Shown here: positions 58,872 through 64,000 of the stretch, one piece after another
Layout: each line of letters begins with the position of its first letter
Numbering within the stretch: the first letter of the stretch is position 1
Source: Planctomycetaceae bacterium
GTDB lineage: Bacteria; Planctomycetota; Planctomycetia; Planctomycetales; Planctomycetaceae
NCBI GenBank assembly: GCA_052388175.1
Contig: JBQTIL010000040.1
Coordinates: forward strand, 961-64,960
Length of the DNA stretch: 64,000 bases
Direction of reading: 5' to 3'
Translations under genes and position numbers: made by a program
The notes under the pieces: generated by a model
Databases searched by the model: none
What the model was told of the DNA's origin: nothing
What the model saw: the letters and a program-made list of their open reading frames with translations, nothing else

Positions 58872-58957
58872 GTTGAAAAAGGTGTCTGGAACTTTGTGAA
58901 CATGCAGAGTCCGAGGGGTTTTCGGGGGTGCGGAGAGTTCCAGACACCTTTTTCAAC
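58872..58957. repeat. Solitary REP-like palindromic element (22-bp arms)
   Basis: GTTGAAAAAGGTGTCTGGAACT (58872..58893) and its exact reverse complement AGTTCCAGACACCTTTTTCAAC (58936..58957) are separated by 42 nt. The arm core AAAGGTGTC(T/A)GGAAC matches the inverted repeat flanking the RAYT gene at 48884/49626. Confidence 0.8.
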
Positions 58958-59025
58958 AGGCAGGTAGGGCGACGCACGCTGCACAGTTGCGAAACGATCG
59001 GCACTTGGGTCTCTTGTACGGTGTG

Positions 59026-60690
59026 ATGCAGAGACTGTGCGACCGAGCGGCTCGGCGACCGGCGTTCTGGCCGGGCGTGATCGCCTGCGCGGCCCTGGCG
59101 GCGATTCTCGCAGCGCTCGACCCGACGGGAGATCATCCGGGCGGTTTCGATGGCCCCGGCCTGACGGTCGACGAACCGATCAATGTGGCGCAGGGGGTGG
59201 CCCTCGTCGACCGGCTGCTCGACGGAGACTGGGAGGGGTATCTCAAGGCAGACGCCAGCGTTCCCGATCATCCGCCTCTGGCGCGCCTCTGGATCGGCCT
59301 GTGTCACGAACTGGCTTACCTCGTCTGGCCGCCGATTACGAAAGAGGCGCCTTATTCCATTGCCTGTGCGCGTGTCGCCCCGGCCATCGCATTTTCGCTG
59401 ACCGTCTTTCTGGTGGGTTGGAAGGCCGGTCGCTGGTACGGCCCCTTCGCAGGGGCGGCCGCCGCCGGCGCCCTGGTGCTGATGCCCCGCCCGTTTGGCC
59501 ATGCGCATCTGGCGGCCCTGGAATCGTGCATCAATCTGGCCTATGCGAGCGTCGTGCTGTACCTCGCCGATCATTGGGCCGATCATTGGGCCGACGCTCC
59601 ATCGGGAAATTCGGCGACATTGCCGCCGTCAGCCCTGCCTGAACGAAATGCGCCGTCGATGCAGGTTGCCGTAGTCGGCGGAGTGTTGTTGGGTTTGGCA
59701 CTGCTGACCAAAGTCCAGGCAATTCTTTTGCCCCCTCCCGTGGCGCTCTGGGCCTTGCTCGTCTGGCGCCGTCGCGCGGTCGTGCCCCTGGTCGTCTGGG
59801 GCCTGGTCGCGCTGGCAGTGCTCTATCTCGGCTGGCCGTATCTGCTGGCTGCCCCCATCGATCATCTCCAAAGATACCTGGGGCGAACGACGAATCGCGC
59901 GGCGATTCAGGTTTGGTATTTTGGGCAGGCGATGGCGGATCGCGACGTTCCCTGGCATTATCCCTGGGTTCTCTTTGCGACAACGGTGCCTCTGGGGTTG
60001 CACCTTCTCGGCTTGTGGGGGGTGGCGCGCATCGGAACAGTCGCGCGGCGATCGCCCCGCGACCTGCTCGTTCTGACATGTCTGCTGTTTCCGTTAGTGG
60101 TCTTCAGCCTGCCCGGGGTGGTCGTGTACGACGGTGAGCGGCTGTTCTCGGTCTCGTTTCCGCTTTGGGCTGTTGTGATCGGAAAGGGCGCCGAGGCGGG
60201 GCGCGAATGGCTGTCGCGGCGGATGCAACCCGGGCGGGCCGCGGCGATTCTGATGGCCCTCTTGACCTGTCAGGGCATCGGCCTCGTCGTCGCCGGTCCG
60301 TGTTGGCTCAGCTATTACAACCTGGCCGTCGGCGGTCTCGGGGGCGCCTCGCGGCTGGGGCTGCCGACCACCTATTGGGGCGATTCGCTCACGCGGACGC
60401 TGCTGCGAGAAACTGCGCAGGCGATTGATCGGAAGTCGAAAATCGGCGCAGCGCCGACGCTCGTTCCGGGGCAATGGGACGAGTTGCTAGTCCAATGTCC
60501 GCCGCTTCTGCGCCAGGAGATTCAGTTTAATCCCGATGGTTCCGGCGATGAGGCCTGGCGGCTGGTTTTTGACCGCCAGGAGTATCTGCCTCGGGAACTT
60601 CGTCAACCGCTCGAAGAAGGGCGAATTGTCGCGGCGGTTCGCCGAAGCGGCGTGGTGTTAGCGGCGCTTTATCAGGCGCGGCCGCGTTAA
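59026..60690 (+). CDS. Family 39/83-like (ArnT/PMT-type) membrane glycosyltransferase
   Basis: Polytopic membrane protein with about 11 TM segments. It has an acidic first-loop motif (TVDEPINVAQG) and a soluble C-terminal domain, the general layout of GT-C enzymes. The track ORF starts at 58987. Confidence 0.65.
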   Translation: MQRLCDRAARRPAFWPGVIACAALAAILAALDPTGDHPGGFDGPGLTVDEPINVAQGVALVDRLLDGDWEGYLKADASVPDHPPLARLWIGLCHELAYLVWPPITKEAPYSIACARVAPAIAFSLTVFLVGWKAGRWYGPFAGAAAAGALVLMPRPFGHAHLAALESCINLAYASVVLYLADHWADHWADAPSGNSATLPPSALPERNAPSMQVAVVGGVLLGLALLTKVQAILLPPPVALWALLVWRRRAVVPLVVWGLVALAVLYLGWPYLLAAPIDHLQRYLGRTTNRAAIQVWYFGQAMADRDVPWHYPWVLFATTVPLGLHLLGLWGVARIGTVARRSPRDLLVLTCLLFPLVVFSLPGVVVYDGERLFSVSFPLWAVVIGKGAEAGREWLSRRMQPGRAAAILMALLTCQGIGLVVAGPCWLSYYNLAVGGLGGASRLGLPTTYWGDSLTRTLLRETAQAIDRKSKIGAAPTLVPGQWDELLVQCPPLLRQEIQFNPDGSGDEAWRLVFDRQEYLPRELRQPLEEGRIVAAVRRSGVVLAALYQARPR

Positions 60691-60836
60691 TTCGCGGCTC
60701 GTCACCGCGGTTGACTCAGCAGAGAGTTTGTCAAAACCGACTGGACGACGTTCCTTTGCATCCGCAAGTCTATTCAGGACGTTGACTTTTGGCGACGGCG
60801 GCCATAATGTCAGCGAGAATTTCGAGACTCCTAGAC

Positions 60837-61322
60837 ATGTCTGCCCTGACCCACTTCGACGATTCCGGCGCGAGCAGAATGGTGGATGTTGGTGCCAAGC
60901 CGATTACGCCGCGGATGGCCCGTGCGGCAGGACGGGTGACCATGCAACCAGAGACTTTGCGTCGCGTACAGGAACGGCGGATGGAAAAAGGGGACGTTTT
61001 CGAGGTGGCGCGGCTGGCGGGCATCATGGGGGCCAAGCAGACGGCGACGCTGATTCCGCTGTGCCACCCCCTGCCGCTCGACTCCGTCGCCGTCGAAATC
61101 ACCCCGCTCGATGAACGGACCGTTTCGATTGAGGCCCGCGTCGCGGTGGCGGCCCGCACCGGAGTCGAAATGGAGGCTTTGACGGCCGTGACGGTGGCGG
61201 CCCTGACCATGTACGACATGTGCAAGTCAATCGATCGAAGCATGTCGCTCGGGCCGTTTGAACTGCTCGAGAAATCGGGCGGCCAGAGCGGGCATTACGT
61301 TCGGGAACCCCCTTCGACGTGA
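60837..61322 (+). CDS. moaC: Cyclic pyranopterin monophosphate synthase
   Basis: Has [46 protein letters not shown] and [23 protein letters not shown]. Start chosen at ATG 60837. Confidence 0.93.
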   Translation: MSALTHFDDSGASRMVDVGAKPITPRMARAAGRVTMQPETLRRVQERRMEKGDVFEVARLAGIMGAKQTATLIPLCHPLPLDSVAVEITPLDERTVSIEARVAVAARTGVEMEALTAVTVAALTMYDMCKSIDRSMSLGPFELLEKSGGQSGHYVREPPST

Positions 61323-61421
61323 ACAGGCCCGTTTTCGCCGCTGGCGTTCTGAATGCAACTGCGACCCCGACGACCGCACCTGAGTTCTGACTGAAGAATC
61401 ATCGCACGAAGCGAGCAGCCG

Positions 61422-62426
61422 ATGCACGAAGAGATCGCAGGAAATACTGGCGCGGCCGCGCTGTTGGAGCGCGTGCAGGCACTTGTCGGCGAAGAGCTGC
61501 GGGAGGTCGACCAGATTCTGCTGGCAGAAATCGCCAGCCGACATCCGTTCGTCAAAGAGGTTCTCGCGCACCTGACAAGCTATCGCGGGAAGCGATTGCG
61601 GCCCATGCTGTTGCTGTTGTCGGCACTGGCGTGTGGCGGGGTCGAGCAGGCGCATCTGGTGCTGGCGGCAGTCGTCGAGATGATCCACACCGCGACACTG
61701 GTGCATGACGACGTGCTCGATGAAGCCACGACGCGGCGGCACGTGGCGACCGTCAATTCGCGCTGGAGCAATGAAACGAGCGTGCTGCTGGGCGACTATT
61801 TGTTTACGCACGCCTTTCACCTGACCAGCAGCCTGGGAGACGCGGCGGCCTGCCGCATCATCGGCCGGGCGACAAACATCGTCTGCGAAGGAGAAATGGC
61901 GCAGGTCGCCGATCAGGGAAACCTGACCCTGACGGAAGAACAGTACGTGGAAATCATCGAAGCCAAGACCGCCGAATTGTGCGCCGTCTCATGCTCGCTC
62001 GGCGGCCGCTATGCGCAGGCGCTGCCCGAAACGTGCCAGGCGCTCGATGCGTTCGGCCGGGCGTTGGGCATCGCCTTTCAGATTGCCGACGATCTGCTGG
62101 ACGTGGTGGGCAGCGAACAGAAGACGGGCAAATCGCTGGGGACCGACCTCAAGAAACAGAAGCTGACCCTTCCCACAATTTACCTGCTCTCGCAGTTGCC
62201 GCGGCGTCGCGCCGAAGAATTGCGCGAGACGCTGGCGCACCCCGACGGGCGCACGCGCGACCAGATGCGGCCTCTGCTGGAGCAATATGGCGCTTTGGAG
62301 TACGCCCGCAATCGCGCCTTGGAGTTCGCAGTCGCGGCGCGCCAACATCTGGCGTGCTTGCCTGAATCTCCCGCGCGGCAGGTGCTCGAAGACATGGCCG
62401 ATTTCGTGACCGTCCGCAGCACGTAA
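61422..62426 (+). CDS. Long-chain trans-polyprenyl diphosphate synthase
   Basis: Has the first DDxxD motif LVHDDVLDE and the second in QIADDLLD, with IspB/HepT-like length and layout. Confidence 0.92.
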   Translation: MHEEIAGNTGAAALLERVQALVGEELREVDQILLAEIASRHPFVKEVLAHLTSYRGKRLRPMLLLLSALACGGVEQAHLVLAAVVEMIHTATLVHDDVLDEATTRRHVATVNSRWSNETSVLLGDYLFTHAFHLTSSLGDAAACRIIGRATNIVCEGEMAQVADQGNLTLTEEQYVEIIEAKTAELCAVSCSLGGRYAQALPETCQALDAFGRALGIAFQIADDLLDVVGSEQKTGKSLGTDLKKQKLTLPTIYLLSQLPRRRAEELRETLAHPDGRTRDQMRPLLEQYGALEYARNRALEFAVAARQHLACLPESPARQVLEDMADFVTVRST

Positions 62427-62554
62427 GCGGGGCCGCAGAATTATCTGTGCGGAAAACCATTGTTCAGGGGGCCAACCCCCCCGCTCACCTGCTCGAAGGC
62501 TTTTCCGTATCCACTTAGCGGCCGCTGACGCACCACCTGGGCGTTGAGTTGCGC

Positions 62555-64000
62555 ATGTCGACCTCCGCTGCGCTCGACCAGATTCGTTCGCGCATCACCG
62601 CGGGCTACCCCCTGCTGGTGCTCAGAACCTGGGAAGAGGCCCGCTGGGAACGGGCGCTGGGCGAACTCGCGCTGGAGATCGACTGCGGGCTGGTCGTCTG
62701 GTCGGCGACGCACGGAGCTTTGCCGCCCCCTGCCGGCGACGCCGGCGACGCGGCCGACCCGCGGGCATTTCTCGACCGCATCGAAGCGTATCCGCCCGAT
62801 CACCTGTTTCTGCTCAAAGACTTTCACCCCTATCTCGCCGATCCGGGCATCTTGCGGCGACTGCGCGATCTGGCGCTGGCGCTGCCTGCCCAGCGCAAGG
62901 CGCTGTTGCTGATCGGCCCCGCGGCCGAGGTTCCCGCAGACATCGCGAAGGACGCGGTCGAAATCGACCTGCCGTTGCCCGGCCTCGAAGAACTGGGCGA
63001 AGAGCTGCGCACGGTGCTGGCGACCGAACGGGTCGATGCCGGGCTGCCCCGCGACGTCTCTGCCGCCGATCAGGAACGGCTGTTGAAAGCCCTGCTGGGG
63101 TTGACCGCGCACGAGGCGCGCCGCGCGCTGTACCTGGCCCTGCAGGGGCGCGCGAGCGTCGATGACGACGTGCAGAAGACTCTGGTCGCCGAGAAGCGGC
63201 ATCTGATCGCCGGGTCGGAACTGCTCGAATTCTGCGATCTCGACGAAGGAGTGCGCGACGTGGGGGGCCTGGAAGTTCTGAAAGCGTGGCTCGCGCAGCG
63301 AGTCGAGGCGTTTTCTGAGAGGGCCCGCGAGCAGGGAATTCCTTTGCCCAAAGGCGTGTTGCTGCTGGGAATTCAGGGTTGTGGCAAGAGCCTCACGGCA
63401 CGCGCCGCCGCACGGTTGCTGGGGTTTCCGCTGGTGCGGCTCGATGTATCGAACCTGCTCAGCTCTGATCGTGGTGCCTCGGAACACAACCTGAGAGACG
63501 TGCTGAATTTGATTGAGACGATTGCGCCGGCCGTATTGTGGCTGGATGAGATTGAGAAGGGGTTCGCCGGCGTCGGTACCGAGAGCGACGCGGTGCAGGA
63601 TGCCGTCATGACCCGGCTGGTCGGCAGTTTTCTGGCCTGGATGGAATCGCGGAAAACGCCCGTGTTTGTGGTGGCCACGGCGAATTCGGTGGCCCATCTT
63701 CCGCCGGAAATGGTGCGCCGCGGCCGGTTCGACGAATTGTTTTTCGTCGACCTGCCCAACTACCACGAACGCAAGGAGATTCTGGCGATTCATCTGGCCA
63801 AGCGCGGCTGGAAGCCCGAGAAGTACGACGTGGGGGCGCTCGCGAGCAAGACCGAAGGCTACAGCGGCGCTGAACTCGAGCAGATCGTCGTTTCGGCGAT
63901 GATCGACGCCTATGGCCAGGGGCGGCTCTTGGCGCAGGAAGACCTCGAAAAATCTCGCGATCAGACCGTCCCGCTGTCGGTGACTATGGAAGAAAAAGTC
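62555..64000 (+). CDS. AAA+ ATPase (classic clade) with an uncharacterised ~270-aa N-terminal domain; 3' end runs off the window
   Basis: This frame is open from ATG 62555 to the window end. It is absent from the track because no stop is reached. Has Walker A LLLGIQGCGKSL, Walker B VLWLDEIEK, sensor-1 VVATAN, arginine-finger region RRGRFDE and a lid (GYSGAELEQIV). Confidence 0.85.
   Translation, partial: MSTSAALDQIRSRITAGYPLLVLRTWEEARWERALGELALEIDCGLVVWSATHGALPPPAGDAGDAADPRAFLDRIEAYPPDHLFLLKDFHPYLADPGILRRLRDLALALPAQRKALLLIGPAAEVPADIAKDAVEIDLPLPGLEELGEELRTVLATERVDAGLPRDVSAADQERLLKALLGLTAHEARRALYLALQGRASVDDDVQKTLVAEKRHLIAGSELLEFCDLDEGVRDVGGLEVLKAWLAQRVEAFSERAREQGIPLPKGVLLLGIQGCGKSLTARAAARLLGFPLVRLDVSNLLSSDRGASEHNLRDVLNLIETIAPAVLWLDEIEKGFAGVGTESDAVQDAVMTRLVGSFLAWMESRKTPVFVVATANSVAHLPPEMVRRGRFDELFFVDLPNYHERKEILAIHLAKRGWKPEKYDVGALASKTEGYSGAELEQIVVSAMIDAYGQGRLLAQEDLEKSRDQTVPLSVTMEEKV

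Noticed and set aside
60691-60836. Possible Moco riboswitch upstream of moaC
   Set aside because: I could not find the conserved Moco-RNA motif elements in the 146-nt leader. A covariance-model scan would be needed to exclude it formally.
62441-63793. 450-aa minus-strand ORF (and the 62544..62912 plus-strand ORF)
   Set aside because: The real gene is the AAA+ ATPase in the plus frame starting at 62555. That frame is open to the window end and is therefore missing from the track. The listed ORFs are alternative-frame artefacts.
1-64000. CRISPR arrays, tRNA and rRNA genes
   Set aside because: I scanned by eye for regularly spaced direct repeats and for T-loop-like GGTTCGAATCC motifs in the non-coding gaps. 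None was found. A tRNAscan or CRISPR-finder run would be the definitive check.

Overview
This is a GC-rich chromosomal window, roughly two-thirds G+C by eye, and is densely coding on both strands. The gene content points to Planctomycetota: a PSCyt/DUF1549/DUF1553 plus Tat-signal DUF1501 gene pair, a giant alpha-2-macroglobulin, DUF1080, a PEP-CTERM protein, and REP/RAYT-type repeats.

Most of the window is housekeeping: folC, lepA, a ROK kinase, rluD, serS, hemA, pyrE, sppA, moaC, a polyprenyl synthase, an M20 peptidase and a class III aminotransferase. I recognised no rRNA, tRNA or CRISPR array. Many long ORFs in the track are antisense artefacts of the high GC content and were rejected.

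None of the items below can be shown to be novel from sequence alone. The regions most worth a second look are:

1. **Operon 49.7-57.2 kb (minus strand).** It runs PSCyt/DUF1553, DUF1501, a CPC-type Cu(I) P1B-ATPase whose start overlaps the DUF1501 stop, then a small ORF. This links the uncharacterised planctomycete DUF1553/DUF1501 pair to copper export.
2. **Lipid module 25.3-30.7 kb.** A translationally coupled dedicated ACP and a KAS-II (NodF/NodE-like) sit upstream of a single 1177-aa MFS(LplT)-acyltransferase-acyl-ACP synthetase (Aas) fusion.
3. **Cassette 31.3-34.6 kb.** It holds an AAA_25/RepA-like ATPase and a visibly lower-GC LamG PEP-CTERM protein. It is bracketed by two ~175-bp direct copies of a multi-hairpin repeat.
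4. **Inverse-autotransporter-like protein.** An intimin-type barrel is fused to a long parallel-beta-helix passenger.
5. **Insertion in the alpha-2-macroglobulin gene.** It is in frame and rich in G/C homopolymer runs and palindromes.
6. **RAYT (IS200-like Y1 transposase).** It is exactly bracketed by a perfect 17-bp inverted repeat, and a related solitary REP hairpin lies 9 kb away.
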